Origin: Lytechinus pictus
Lineage: Eukaryota
NCBI RefSeq assembly: GCF_037042905.1
Contig: NC_087245.1
Span: 40,426,001-40,490,000, forward strand
Length of the DNA stretch: 64,000 nucleotides
Direction of reading: 5' to 3'
Shown: one piece after another, positions 25,501 through 37,130 of the stretch
Position numbering within the stretch: the first letter of the stretch is position 1
Layout of the letters: each line of letters begins with the position of its first letter
Made by a program: the position numbers and the translations under genes
The notes under the pieces: generated by a model
Seen by the model: only the letters and a program-made list of their open reading frames with translations
Database searches by the model: none
What the model was told of the DNA's origin: nothing

Positions 25501-28500
25501 TACATTCAAAAGAAATTAAATTTTGATTCAACATTTGAAAGGTTGGAGGGGTGACAATCTTTTCTAAATGTTGCATTTACCACAGTTGTAAATGCAACAT
25601 TGACTTTGAATGGTTCGAACAAACACTTATACCACTGCAAAAACTCTGGTGTTGATTTAATACCAGCCCGGAATCTATATATGTCCACACCCGAGAGAAG
25701 TGTTAAAAAACACCAGTTTCGTTTTGGTCTAACACCAGATAGGAGTTTATACAACACCAATTAGTATTAAATAAGCACCGGTTTGATTCCAAAGTGGTGT
25801 TGTTTCAATACTTCTCTGGTGTGGACATAATAGATTTCGGGCTGGTGTTAACTCAACACCTGAGTTTTTGCAGTGTAAAATGTTGGATTCAGTTTTATGC
25901 AGGTTTGGATATAACATTTGGAAAAGGTTGTCACTCCTCCAAACTTTTTAAATGTTGATTTAACATATATAATTGTTAGAGTGTACTCAGCAAAAACTGT
26001 GGTGTTAACCGGTGTCACATAGAGGACCACACCAGTTATTTTACACCGGTGTTGAATTGACAGTGTTAGTCTAACACCTATATGTGTTATTACAACACCT
26101 TTGGTTGTTACATTTACACTCTTTGGTGTTATTTTCAATCTCTAGGATGTAATTTTAACACCTCAGGGTGTGGTCCTCTAACAACACCAACTGGTGTCAG
26201 TTTTAACACCAAAGTTTTCACAAGGTATGTCTATTATGCTTTAATCCCACATGGTGCAAAACAGCAGTGTTTAAATAATAAACAAAACTTAAACCAGTAA
26301 TGCTTTCAATGGCGTTGTTCTCAACACAAAATTGTTAGAGAACAAAATAATAATAATAATAATAATGATACATCCGCCTCACAGTCTGTAACGCTTTACA
26401 TTCGTATATTTTCAGGACAAGGACACTTTTCAAAAGACATTAAAATATCCACTGCCAGTGAAAAGGGGTATCGTGGCTTTTCAAAAGGGCGTCCAAGGTT
26501 CTTTTCAGTGGATGAATTTCAGCAGATGAAATTGAATCCAATTGATTTGATACCTATGCATTACAAATGAAAGTAAAGAACCGTAATAACGTACTGCATC
26601 CCACTTCGTCAGTTCCATCAGCACACCGTAGCACTCCGTCACATCTATCCTCTTCAATAAAACAGCTTCGACTATACTTGCACATAGATGTTCCCACCGG
26701 GCACGTAAAATTATCTGTAAAGAGAATAGAATTGACCCAAACTTGTACTCGTAGGCTCGTATTCTGAAGTCGGTTTTAACTTAAACTCAGGTTTTAAGTT
26801 GTGGTTTAACTATGGATAGCCAGTTGCGACATAATTTCATAACAGTAGAGGTTCAAAGAATCAACTCATTCAATCTAAAATCATTCCTAACTGCCTTGGA
26901 AGGGTAATAAGATAGGTGTCTTCTGAAAACGACTCATAGGAAAGAGCACAGTAAACATAAGAAACATACAATATGAACAAAATTTTGACATATTTTGGCT
27001 TGCCATAATTTTAGCTCAGAGTTAGACGCTGGTCAAGGTTAAACCCGACTTCAGAATACGGGCCCAAGAGTCCATAGCAAATTTAGTTTAAAAGCCCTTT
27101 CGATTTGACAATGAGAAAGAATCATAGGCCTATTTATTCTTAAAGGGGAAGTTCACCCTAACAAAAAGTTTATTGTCAAAATAGCAGAAAAAATAATAAA
27201 AAATGCTGCTGAAGCTTTGGGATAAATCCAAAGAAAAATAAAAAGTTATCAGAATTCTAATTATTTGATTCGTGTCGTCATATGTGAGCAGCATTCCAAC
27301 ATAGCAAATAATAAATTATCAATGAAATGTCATTTTGTCTGAAAATTGAAAATAGTTTATACTGTACCTTTTGTATATCAGTAGAAAAATCATTTCATAT
27401 CCGATCATGAAAATCAAACAAAAATTGGTCATCAGGAACCGTTTAAAAAATGAAAAAATCGTGAAAACCAAGCGAGCAATCAATCAATTACCTTTGTGTT
27501 ACGGGACCCTGGCGAAGATTAAGCATACTTTTGACGCTTTAAGCCTATACGGTTTTCAAGATACCTAGGAATGTTAGTAATTGACTTACTGTTTCCCCAT
27601 ACTTTGTATAATTAACTTTTTAAGGGGAAAATTTGTCTTTTATTTGACAGTATGTACAAACGAGGAAGCAAAACTCCCTTTACGTTAATAAAAAAAAATG
27701 AAATACAGAGAGGAGATATGTTTAACGAGCACTGGCTTTATACACATTGCTTAAAAACTATTAGCAATGGTAAAAAAGGCCCCTCCCACACTTTCCTTCG
27801 CTAATTGTCACCCCCCAAATTTTCAGATGCTGTTGACGATACCTTGACATCCATCTCCCCCCCCCCAATTTTTCTGATTTGCCAATGACTATATAAAAGA
27901 CACGAATGTTCTTCCCTTGCGGAGAACAAACTTGTAAGTGTGAATAATGTCTGCTTGGGCTCGTCTTAAAATCAACTTATTGAGAGAACAGCTGCAGCTG
28001 TCTACCGAAAAACATATGGCGAAACCTCGACTCAAAAATTAATGTGTGTTATATTCGAGACAAAATGGAGGAAGGACTAAGAACTGCCGGAAGAAATTGC
28101 ATTATGTTTCATTCAAGTTAGGGAATGAAAGGAATAAACTGATAACAAATCAATGTTACACTTTATCCATGTGTGGTCTTATTTTTAAAGGAAATATACT
28201 TATATTTGTCTTCAAAGTTAAAATACTATTGCGGGTATGATAGACATTTGTGATACCAAACAAGAATTCTTAACTGAAGAAATTAGTAGCTACAAGTTCA
28301 TTCGCCTTATACATGTATTATGTTATAATTTTCTTTGAAAACTCCGGGCCAAACAATGAAATACAGACAAAGTAAATATCTCAAGAACTTGGGGTTGTAC
28401 AACAAAAGTTTGACCAGTACATAATCGTATTAAAGAATCGTAGGGATTCTATGATAATTTCCATCAATTTGAGATGAACGGTATATATATTATATACATC

Positions 28501-31500
28501 TCGTAAAAATAATTATTAAAAAGCATATATTTGATCTTATATCCGAATTGTTTACTAACCGCTTCCTTTGAATGTTGTCAACTGCATCCAGAATCCGTAA
28601 TGAGATTCGTAAGGATCCGAATTGAGATGGATGTAAAGCTCGTTGCCTGGAAAGAAGATGTCCACCGGATTTTCAAACCCGGTTAATGTCTGAAACATTG
28701 TACCCGGATATAGCTGGACCTGACCGGAACCGATGTACAAATAGTCGTATTCGTCTTCTAAACTCAAGTCTGTATATGGAAAAAAAATTAAGAAAATGAA
28801 CTTCAAAAGTAGGAAAACACAGCCTGGTCATCGAAATAACATCAGGGTTTCTTTTGAATGGATACGTTTTCTTTTCGGGAGCGTCCTTTTCCATCTTTGC
28901 TTTAAACAAAAATCATTGCTTTTCTGCCTCATTTATTCCTCTATTTGTGGAAAAGATAACGTTTATTTAATTTTTCAGTGAGCATTTAGAAAAACATTCC
29001 TTCCCTCTCTTGTCTGCAGTGCATATAGATAACCCGGACTATTGTAAAGGGCCGACCTCATCATACTCTCTTAACTATGTATTTTTCGTTTATGAAAGAA
29101 AATACTGGTAAAAATTTGATTATATCATCTAAAGATAAATTTTATGAAGTTGTCAACACTGGCAATTCTCCGACAGTTAATGTAGGAACAGTTACCATAG
29201 TAACAGTCAGAGACCAGTGCTTCTCAGCCAATCAAAATCAAGGATTCCACTGATGTGTCTGAGCTGAATACTTTCATGAAACATTTCAGGTGTTCTCGTG
29301 TAAAAGAGAATTTGGGAATATTCGTAAAAACAAGGGGGCGGGTGCCCCCACACTCTACACCAGGAACGCCTGTAAAAATAGTATTAGTGGCGTAATGAGC
29401 CAAACATGTTTTAAAGGCATATCATAGCGTTTGTACTAAAATTCATTTAAAAACATCACGAGCGAACAAAGCGAGCAATAATTTCATTTTATTTCTTTTT
29501 TGGCTTTGCTTTTTCACATGAAATTTCATTTTATGATAGGTTTTGACATAATATTCAAGAAATAATATAATCAGTCTTTCTTTCTTAATCTTTTCTTTCT
29601 CCCTCCCCCCTCTTTTTTTTTTTTTTTAATCTTGGCCGCCCCCAAGTACCCCTCTTCTGTAGGCCATGGTGACAAACCCTACAGGAAAGAGCACAGTTTC
29701 CTACAGTGTGTTCACATGGTGGGACACAAAGTGAAACCTCCTTATTACTGTTAAAGTTGAGTATTTCAGCTAGTGTGAATCACATATTCATATTGTCGAC
29801 CGTGTGAACACGCTGTGAACAGTCTCACTGCCGAGGTGTCCACAGTCTGTGTGAAAATATCTTCACACTGTTGGATTTAAGCATAATATTTTCACATAGT
29901 CCACTATGTGAACACACTGCGATCTCACTTTAATTGTGACACTGTTCTTTCCATGCAGTAGAAGAACCGATCGCTCTGTCAGGGTGACCTTTGACCGTAC
30001 TTTTTACACACGTATGTCAAAATAATCAATAACTGTTTTACTTTATATATAGGCCTATTTCCCATGTTTAACAGCCGACTTACTTTTAAAGTGAATCAAG
30101 ATGTTGTAGCCATCCGGGGCGGAAACGTACCAAGTAAACGTGGTGTTTTCAGGATACTTCCCAGGGTAGTTCAATGAAAATAAATCTGTGGTTGTGTCCC
30201 CTTCGAGCACAGTAATATCTATATGAACACGATTAAAAGTTGTTTATGTTTACATTAGTTCTTACAAATTTATTTTAATGAATCACCTTCTTATTGATAA
30301 ATCATATCAGACAAAGATAATAAACATAAACTCTTAAATAATCTGGTAAGATTTTGACTAGATTATCAGGCCACATTTTAGTCATGTGGCCTCATAGATA
30401 AAAGTAGCTTATATCACATATATTACTTATACTTACCAATGTTGTCAATGTTTTAAGAAAGTTTGCTTAAATATTATAAACGATTTCCTTTCAAATTCCT
30501 TGACTTGACTTGAAAAATAAAAGAGCGTCGTCTAGTCAAAGATACACATACTTTAATACCGTTTAGTATTATTTAGTTTCAGTGGATTTTTTTTAATAAG
30601 TCAAAGTTGTGAGAAGAAAACTTGATAGAACATTGACATTAATGATGAATACGCATGATAAAAAAAATAAAAATAAATACAAACTGTGAGGAGGATGTTT
30701 TCTTGTGACTGTTCGAACTGTTGTCGTTTCTTCCTCATCTGAAGAAAAAAAAAGAAGAGAAGATTTACAAGAAAATTATAATCCCTATCGTTCATTCATC
30801 ACAGTAGTTTACAAATAAAGAGTATAAAACTGTTTGGAAATTCGCATAACACCATAATTGCCTTTCAAAAATATGTCAATAAATGTTGTTATTCGTAAAC
30901 TATTTCAAACATAAGTTTCACTTTTAGACCATGGCAATGAATATGACTTAATCACAATGTTATGGAAGTATGTTCAAGTTAATCAATGTTTGATCTGAAG
31001 TTTTCGTTAAAAAGTAAGTAAAATAACCCCTCAAACACAACAATAAATAATCTAAATTAAATACAAATATTCAAAATTAGACATACCGTCTTCATCTTGC
31101 ATATGGCCTCTTCGTTTAGCTGCAGAGATTTAAAAAGAAAGAAGAAATGATAGCTTTCATTAATCTGCCAACCACCATAGCACCATTGATTCGTTAATAG
31201 TTTAAATGCTCTTGTAAATAATCTATAGTAATCACCCCCGTTTTATTCTCAAAATCTTATTCCTTTATAGTTCATGATACCGGACATGTGGCTCATTGTA
31301 TAGAGCGTCCGCCTCATGAACGGGAGGTCGTGGTATGGGTTCGATTTATAGGTCTATGGTTCGATCTACGGACAGGTCATACTCAGGCGCTCGTTGTATC
31401 AAAAGGGTGAATATTATTTAAAGATCAAGTCCACCCCAGAAAAATTTTGATTTGAATAAATAGAGAAAAATCAAACTAGCAAAACGCCGAAAATTTCATC

Positions 31501-34500
31501 AAAATCGGATGTAAAATAACAAAGTTATAACATTTTAAAGTTTTGCATATTTTTCATAAAACAATGATATGCACAACTCAAATGGGACAGTCGATGATGT
31601 CCCCCACTCACTATTTCTTTTTTTTTTTTTTAATGTTTGAATTATACAATATTTATTTTTTTATAGATTTGACAATAAGGACCAACCTGACTGAATCATA
31701 TAGTATTAAACAATACTCATTCCACATGTTCAGGGAGGAATTAATCGTTGTTTCACTTGACAATGAGGAGAAAATCGAATATTCCCTATTTCATATAATA
31801 AAATACAAAAGAAATAGTGAGTGGATGACGTCATCAGTCTCCTCAGTTGCATACCCACCATGCATATAACTGTTTTGTGAAATTAATAAAACTTTAAAAT
31901 TTTATAACTTTCTTTTTTTACATCCAATTTTGATGAAATTTTTAGTGTTATGCTTGTTGGATTTTTCTCTTTTCATTCAAATCAACGTTTTGTTGTGGTG
32001 GACTTGCCTGCTGGGAGAACAGTTCATGATAGCTGCGAGTGGCCACCTGGGTAAATAAAACATCATTATTATTTATCATACTGTACACGTAGACGTGTTT
32101 TCTCCATTGGCTTTTACAGACAATAAAGTCACCACTACAAATTGCATTCGTTGAACTGACAGTATAAAATAATGTGGCATTACATAATGTACAATTAATA
32201 AAGCGAAATTAGAATTAGATGCTGATTCAGAATAGATATATAGATGAAATGATGGGTGAATGAATGAATGAATAGCATGAATAAATAAATAAATAAATAA
32301 ATATATAAATATACAGTATATAAGTAAATAAATGAATAAATAAATAATGAAATAATGAAATGAGTAAATGAATAAACAAACAAATAAAGAGAGAAAGCCA
32401 AGTTGAAAAACAGGTTTTGTATCGATATTTGTGGATTTTCAATGTTATTCTCATTTGATTTATCTTTGATTATCAAACTCAATTTGAAATGGAATAACTG
32501 ATATCTATGAATCTAACAGGAATGAAAACTTTGGACTGTTTAAAAAAATAGAGATAACGAAAACTTTCAAATTATTATTTACTCAAAGGCCTATTTGAGA
32601 AAAAGATGTACTACCACGCTAATAAGAATAGATATAGCTCAGCTTCTCTTAAAATATGTTCATATTATTAAAGCTAAATGAATAAAAGGTATTGTTGAAA
32701 GTTAGACAGTATGTGACTTATAAGTAATGTGATTAGAACAAAAAATATATTCAAAATCTGCCGTAATAGTACGTTGAGTTAGAATAAAGAGTATCAATGT
32801 TCGTGATCATGATTGTGATGGAACGCGCAAAGAATATACGAAGTCAGATGAATAAATTTTATACGCGCCCATCTCTTTGGTTATCGATCGCTCTATCCAG
32901 CGGTGTTTTTTCCCGCCAAAACAATGCTGCACCTGCCGTGCAATGCACTGAACCACGGCACCGTAGCCGGACTCATTGCAGACGAGGATGTCCGAAATCG
33001 AACTCTTCCAGCTCTCTCATTTCCTTGCCTCGATTGCGATTCCGGTTTGGTCGACAACAGTGGAATTGAAAGAAAGAAATGTCGAATTTGTGATTCGCAG
33101 GAAGGCTTTGATTGTATAACATTATGCTAAGTGGATGTTGTTCTGTCAGTTTCTGAAGAAGAAAAAAAAATCGTTAATGTCTTATTCATTTTGTGACAGA
33201 AACTGATAAGCTATATACATCCCTGGACCCTGGAATGACCGAAGGGAGCGAAAGAGGGATATTGTGGAAGGGACTCAAGGGAGGGGCGACTACCCCAGGG
33301 GGGCGACAAAGTCCTCTCACATCAAATGTATTCAAAACTTCTTTTCACCACAACCCCCACTAGCCTACTCCAATACCATGATTACATCTAGCATCAATTT
33401 TAAAATATATCCCATCTATATGTGTTATTAAAAATGAAAATACTGATGTGGATATATGGTACTCGTGCACTTAACAGAAGTATGATCTCATTAGAAACAA
33501 ATTACGGATTCTGTCTCTCTCTCTCTCTCCCTTCTTCGTCATTCTATATCTCTATCTCTCTCCCTCCCTTCTTCGTCTCTCTCTTTCTTCTCTCTCTTCT
33601 TCTTCCAATCCATTTATTCCGCTCTATTTTGGACAGATGTTAGAACCATTTTATACTAGTGTTTGACAGCAGGCGGAGAGAATCGTGTACTATAATGTAC
33701 TTGACCGTGAAGCGACTGGTTTGACATCCCTTAGCCTTGGTGTCAGTTCTCAATCGCATTTCCGTATACTTTACAATAGCCTTCAGTATTATCGAACTGT
33801 AGTGAGTAGACCATGGAGCTAGTAGCTCCATGGGTAGACTATAAGATAGTATATGGTAGTGTGTGTCTATCAAGTGATGAAGTATATTTGAGCCTAATCT
33901 TGATTTGGCCTTAGAATTCAAAGAAGTCCCTGATGGACTATCCATTATCTGCACCGTCTTGGCAAACACATCAAACTTTCATTGATGAATGGGATTTTTT
34001 AAGAGCGAAGTCCTCACAAAGCATAATGTAAGCATATGTACCCTAGTAAAAAAAAAAAAACAGTGTTCCACAGTGTGTGCCGCAGTGTGTTCACAGTGTG
34101 TGACACCATTTGAAATCACCTTCACACTGCCATGACTGTTCAACTTGAGCTTTCAACAGTGTAAATCACATATTCACTTAGTCGACCATGATTGTGATCA
34201 CGCTGTGAACAGTACACACTGTCTATGTGTGAACATGTCTCCACACTGTTTATTTTGAACATTTTAACAGTGTGAATAATATTTTCACATGGTCGAACAT
34301 GTGAACACACTGCGATCACACTTTGTAACACTGTTACAGGGTGGAGCGTTGTGGCCCAGTGGATTAGTCTTCGGACTTTGAAACAGAGGGTCGTGGGTTC
34401 GAATCCCAGCCATGGCGTAATTTCCTTCGGCAAGAAATCCACATTATCCACACTGTGCTGCACTCAACCCAGGTGAGGTGAATGGGTACCTGGCAGGAAT

Positions 34501-36357
34501 TGATTCCTTGAAATGCGTGTGCGCTGTAATCTTAGTAATTACGGCTGCCAAGCTACAGCTGGGGTAATAATATCCGAGTCCTTTGGAAGCGAATAGAGAC
34601 ATTATTTATAATTGTGATATGCGCTATACAAGAACTGTATATTATTATTATTATTGTTATTTCCGGTAGGGTAGTCTTCGAACGTTGAGGACCCTTATAA
34701 CGGTCCAGAAGTAACCAAATCCAAAAAAAAATTTGCAATGACTTCATCCAGGTATGAGAATGTTATCATTCCGGCCAAGAATTTAACTTCGAGGAAAGTA
34801 AGTTGGTTGGTTGATCGAAACATTGTTCTAACATGAAATTGCATAAAAAATATGCAATTTAATTTGTGTTTTCAGATATAGTATAGGATTCTAAACGCTT
34901 TAATTTCATATACGTACAGATGGGGGCCTCGGGGGCGCTTGCCCCCATCCGCCCAAAAGTTTTCACGACTAAGGAAAAAAAAGATAAAAGGAAAGAGGAA
35001 AGGGTAAAAAGAAAGAAAAAGAAGTCAAATAATTAGTCAAATGAAGGTAATCGTCAAACCAATTATCCCACACTGAAACTATAGGCAAATAAGATTCGGA
35101 AGATAATACACAGAAAGCCTTTAAATAGGGAGGCACTTCTTGAAACAAATCAAGGTAGGTATATTCAAACTTAGTAATTCAAGATCATATAAATTCGATT
35201 TCAATCCAGCTAATAGAGTAGTTAAATAAACAAAAAGTGACATCTCTCCCCCATGGCTCTGGAAAACGGGGGTGCTAAAGCACCACCCAAGATTTTTTTT
35301 ATGGAGTTGAGCATGCGTATGTTTTTCACCATTATAGGTGACCAAATCATCTTCATTTTGGAAAGAAAAGCTTAGTTTCTTTTTTTGGTTGTTTTTTCCA
35401 AACCAGCACCCCCTCTTCAAAAATTACTCCAGGCCCCTGCTCTCACAAGTATTAGACTTCCTGTTTCAAATCGTCTTTGCCTTGTCAAGTGATTCAGTAA
35501 AAATCTTCAGACTTACATAACGGATTTCGTTCTCATACGTTTGGTAAAAAAAAAAGAAGAAGAATATAATATGTATATCGAAACAAGAAAAAAATGAAGC
35601 AGCTTTACGGAACCTTCAGTCGTCAAATTCAGCTTTTTCCCACACAAAGAAAAGCCATGATGACCTAAGACGTGACATTATCCTTTTTCCCAAGTGACTA
35701 AGGGGTTATTGCATAGTGGTGAATAGGGCCCATACCTCTACTCTTTTTTTTTATTATTTAATTTTCCTTTCTTTTCTCTTTTTCCTACTAAATCAAAAAA
35801 TAAAGGTGTGGGCAGCCATCTTCCTGCCCCCGAACGCCCCCTTGGGTTGGTACCCGAACCCTCCCACTTTGTCTAAGTTTGCCAGTTCACTAAGCCCGTC
35901 GCAGAAAGAGTTGCGTTAATTTAGCATCTGGAAAACAAACAAAAACAAAAGCAAAACAAAAGGAAACAAAAGCATGTCACCCCCCCCTAATTAAAGTTTC
36001 TGATTAGTTGAAAATACACTTGCGTTTGTGTTTCGAAAATTTCGTTTAATCGCAATCCTTTGTGCAATGAACCCCCTCAGCCCCGAACTCACTCTTCGAA
36101 CATCATCTGCACAATTTATACTACACGTCTTATAGTTACCTAAAACAGTTAGTACGATGATGAGAACGATGAGGAGGATCAAACCGAGAACGAGTAGGAC
36201 ACCGTACTTGGCACGCTTCGCCTGTTTGGGGGACATGCCACCCTCTCCTTTGGTTATCACCTTTGGCTCCTGCTCCGCCGCTTGTTCTTTGGCACTACTC
36301 TCTTTCTTTCCTCCATCATTTTCCTCTCCTCGTTCAGCGAGTTCGTATCCGTCCTTC
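8724..36357 (-). CDS. Type II transmembrane serine protease (matriptase/enteropeptidase-like): TM-CUB-LDLa x5-short Cys module+Thr-rich linker-LDLa x2-S1 protease; 16 coding exons identified, start exon unresolved
   Basis: Exons, all GT-AG with compatible phases: 36357-36140, 31119-31087, 30218-30084, 28769-28560, 26714-26595, 25356-25252, 20129-20034, 18816-18709, 17096-16989, 15765-15574, 14045-13923, 12930-12844, 11527-11362, 11062-10791, 9845-9709, 8885-8724 (TGA). Catalytic motifs [14 protein letters not shown] and GDSGGP are present. Confidence 0.9.
9709..9845 (-). CDS. Protease exon: LQEV...VCAG...STCF
   Basis: [46 protein letters not shown]; phase-0 GTAAGT donor directly before the GDSGGP exon. 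Confidence 0.95.
10791..11062 (-). CDS. Protease exon: catalytic Asp
   Basis: [11 protein letters not shown]...[38 protein letters not shown]...[13 protein letters not shown]. Confidence 0.95.
11362..11527 (-). CDS. Protease exon: activation segment and catalytic His
   Basis: [56 protein letters not shown]. Confidence 0.95.
11979..12560. mobile_element. Foldback-like MITE with AAAGACC/GGTCTT sub-repeats
   Basis: Terminal inverted ATTCCACAGAGA / TCTCTGTGGAAT and many internal AAAGAC/GTCTT units. Confidence 0.6.
12844..12930 (-). CDS. Protease exon: LDLa repeat 7 (four-Cys form)
   Basis: [29 protein letters not shown]; phase 1-1. Confidence 0.88.
13480..13901. mobile_element. CCCT-ended MITE rich in CACAGTGTG/CACACTGTG sub-repeats (related copies at about 13190-13410, 29677-29960, 34041-34335)
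   Basis: CCCTGCTGGAAAGAACACTGTGTC ... GACACTGTGTTTTTTCCAGTAGGG imperfect TIRs; internal sequence shared among the copies. Confidence 0.65.
13923..14045 (-). CDS. Protease exon: LDLa repeat 6
   Basis: [41 protein letters not shown]; phase 1-1. Confidence 0.9.
14731..15529. mobile_element. Tc1/mariner-type MITE with long (about 300 bp) TIRs and TA flanks
   Basis: TA|CAGTGCGTCCCA...CGAAACCGAGATT and AATCTCGGTTTCG...TGGGACGCACTT|TA; arms remain complementary for about 300 bp. Confidence 0.85.
15574..15765 (-). CDS. Protease exon: short four-Cys module plus Thr/Pro-rich mucin-like linker
   Basis: [64 protein letters not shown]; phase 1-1. Confidence 0.85.
15934..16708. repeat. Long imperfect (TAG)n microsatellite interrupted by a MITE
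   Basis: About 600 bp of AGT/TAG triplets read directly. Confidence 0.97.
16354..16525. mobile_element. hAT-like MITE inside the (TAG)n tract, 8-bp TSD AATAGTAG
   Basis: TIR CACTGGCGTACCTA / TAGGTACGCTAGTG; AATAGTAG at 16346-16353 and 16526-16533. Confidence 0.8.
16989..17096 (-). CDS. Protease exon: LDLa repeat 5
   Basis: [36 protein letters not shown]; tttcag acceptor, GTGAGT donor. Confidence 0.9.
17421..17722 (-). mobile_element. tRNA-derived SINE, near full length
   Basis: Reverse complement of the 34341 copy (B box GGTTCAAATCC, core, (TTA)n tail); flanked by a GTTATAA direct repeat. Confidence 0.85.
18709..18816 (-). CDS. Protease exon: LDLa repeat 4
   Basis: [36 protein letters not shown]; phase 1-1. 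Confidence 0.9.
20034..20129 (-). CDS. Protease exon: LDLa repeat 3 (four-Cys form)
   Basis: [32 protein letters not shown]; phase 1-1. Confidence 0.9.
21443..21591. mobile_element. 149-bp palindromic MITE with near-perfect 8-bp TSD (GAGCACCG/GAGCACCA)
   Basis: TIR TACCTCAAGTGATGTT(C/T)GTGTAG / CTACACAAACATCACTTGAGGTA. Confidence 0.8.
23594..24475. mobile_element. CACTG-ended non-autonomous element nested in the Kolobok-like relic
   Basis: CACTGTAAAAAAAA ... TTTTTTTTTACAGTG with AT-rich TTACTTAA/TTAAGTAA sub-repeats. Confidence 0.6.
25252..25356 (-). CDS. Protease exon: LDLa repeat 2
   Basis: [35 protein letters not shown]; six Cys; GTAAGT donor; phase 1-1. Confidence 0.85.
25633..25875. 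mobile_element. CACTG-ended palindromic MITE inserted into an older palindromic element (about 25522-25960)
   Basis: CACTGCAAAAACTC...GAGTTTTTGCAGTG; outer arms TTGGAGGGGTGACAA / TTGTCACTCCTCCAA. Confidence 0.7.
26595..26714 (-). CDS. Protease exon: LDLa repeat 1
   Basis: [40 protein letters not shown]; six Cys, acidic DE motif; phase 1-1. Confidence 0.9.
26754..27064. mobile_element. PIF/Harbinger-like MITE (same family as 58062-58372)
   Basis: GGCTCGTATTCTGAAGTCGG ... CCGACTTCAGAATACGGGCC. Confidence 0.75.
28560..28769 (-). CDS. Protease exon: CUB domain, C-terminal half
   Basis: [16 protein letters not shown]...[29 protein letters not shown] carries the CUB LE..YDYL.I and SD......GF motifs. 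Confidence 0.9.
30084..30218 (-). CDS. Protease exon: CUB domain, N-terminal half
   Basis: [45 protein letters not shown] matches the CUB S.NYP..Y.....W....P.G..I...F pattern; TAG acceptor, GTAAGT donor. Confidence 0.9.
31087..31119 (-). CDS. Protease 33-nt juxtamembrane micro-exon
   Basis: ctctgcag|...|gtatgt; (A)[10 protein letters not shown]; phase 1-1, joins the TM exon to the CUB exon in frame. Confidence 0.7.
31422..32009. mobile_element. Kolobok-like MITE with long TIRs, inserted into a tRNA-derived SINE (head about 31281-31400, tail about 32010-32072)
   Basis: TTAA|AGATCAAGTCCACC ... GGTGGACTTGCCT with complementary arms (AAATTTCATCAAAATCGGATGTAAAA / TTTTACATCCAATTTTGATGAAATTT). The right TTAA is absent. 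Confidence 0.7.
34341..34661 (+). mobile_element. tRNA-derived SINE, full length
   Basis: A box TGGCCCAGTGG, B box GGTTCGAATCC, conserved core (CACTCAACCCAGGTG...AATGGGTACC) and (TTA)n tail. Confidence 0.9.
36140..36357 (-). CDS. Protease exon: cytoplasmic tail plus signal-anchor TM helix
   Basis: [18 protein letters not shown]...[29 protein letters not shown]: a basic stretch followed by about 22 hydrophobic residues. CAG acceptor and G|GTAAC donor (phase 1). Confidence 0.8.
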
Positions 36358-36409
36358 CTGTCATGAAAAATGATTACATTGTATCATATTCTATACGATG
36401 TGAGATAGG

Positions 36410-37064
36410 TGTCGTCATCGTCGTCGTCGGTATCATCTTTGCGTTACTACTGACCACCACCATCATCATCGTCACCACCATCACCATCATCACTCCACCA
36501 TCACAACCACCGCCACCACCATCATCATACCACAACCACCACTACCACCGTCATACCATCACCATCACCATACCGCCACAACCACCATACCACCACGGTA
36601 AATTGCCAATTCGTCTACTGCCAACTCGTCCACTCACCACATGGTCTACTTTCATTTAGTCTAATGCCATTCCGTCCATCGACTTTTCGTCTAACAACCA
36701 TTTGGTATTTTGGTCCAATCATCACTTCGTCTAATCACCATTTCGTCTATGACCATTTCGTCTCATAACCAGTTGGTCTAATATACATTTCATTTTGCAC
36801 AATTAACACTTCGTCCAATTAGACCAAATGGTATATGGACTAAATGACTATTGGACCAACTGGTTATTAGACAGAATGGTGAGAGGACAAAATGGCAATT
36901 AGACCACGTGGATAGTGGACGAACTGATGGTAGACCAAATGATAGTAGACGAGTTGGCAATTGGACGAAATGACATTAGACGAATTGGAAATAACCCACC
37001 ACCACCATCATCATAACCACCACCATACCACAACCACCACTACCACCACCACCATCTCCACAAC

Positions 37065-37099
<35 letters not shown>

Positions 37100-37130
37100 C
37101 CATCATCATCACCATCTTCTTCTTCTTCTC
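36410..37130. repeat. (CAC/CAT)n low-complexity tracts flanking a foldback element (about 36596-36996)
   Basis: CAC/CAT triplet runs; inner arms AATTCGTCTA..TGCCAACTCGTC / GACGAGTTGGCA..TAGACGAATT. Confidence 0.75.

Noticed and set aside
32790..33070. GC-richer patch with minus-strand TATAAAA (about 32857-32863) as an internal promoter or exon
   Set aside because: No convincing spliceable frame or signal peptide follows, and TATA-like words are common here. It may be regulatory but cannot be supported from sequence.
34341..34415. tRNA-like sequences with A and B boxes (also near 17700, 31290, 50640, 57250, 63330)
   Set aside because: They continue into a shared core and simple-repeat tail and are dispersed and diverged, so they are SINE heads rather than tRNA genes.
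34662..34828. Possible extra protease exon after a TTAG acceptor
   Set aside because: The phase-compatible frame stops after about 20 codons (EQCFDQ...WPE*), with no suitable donor or domain motif.
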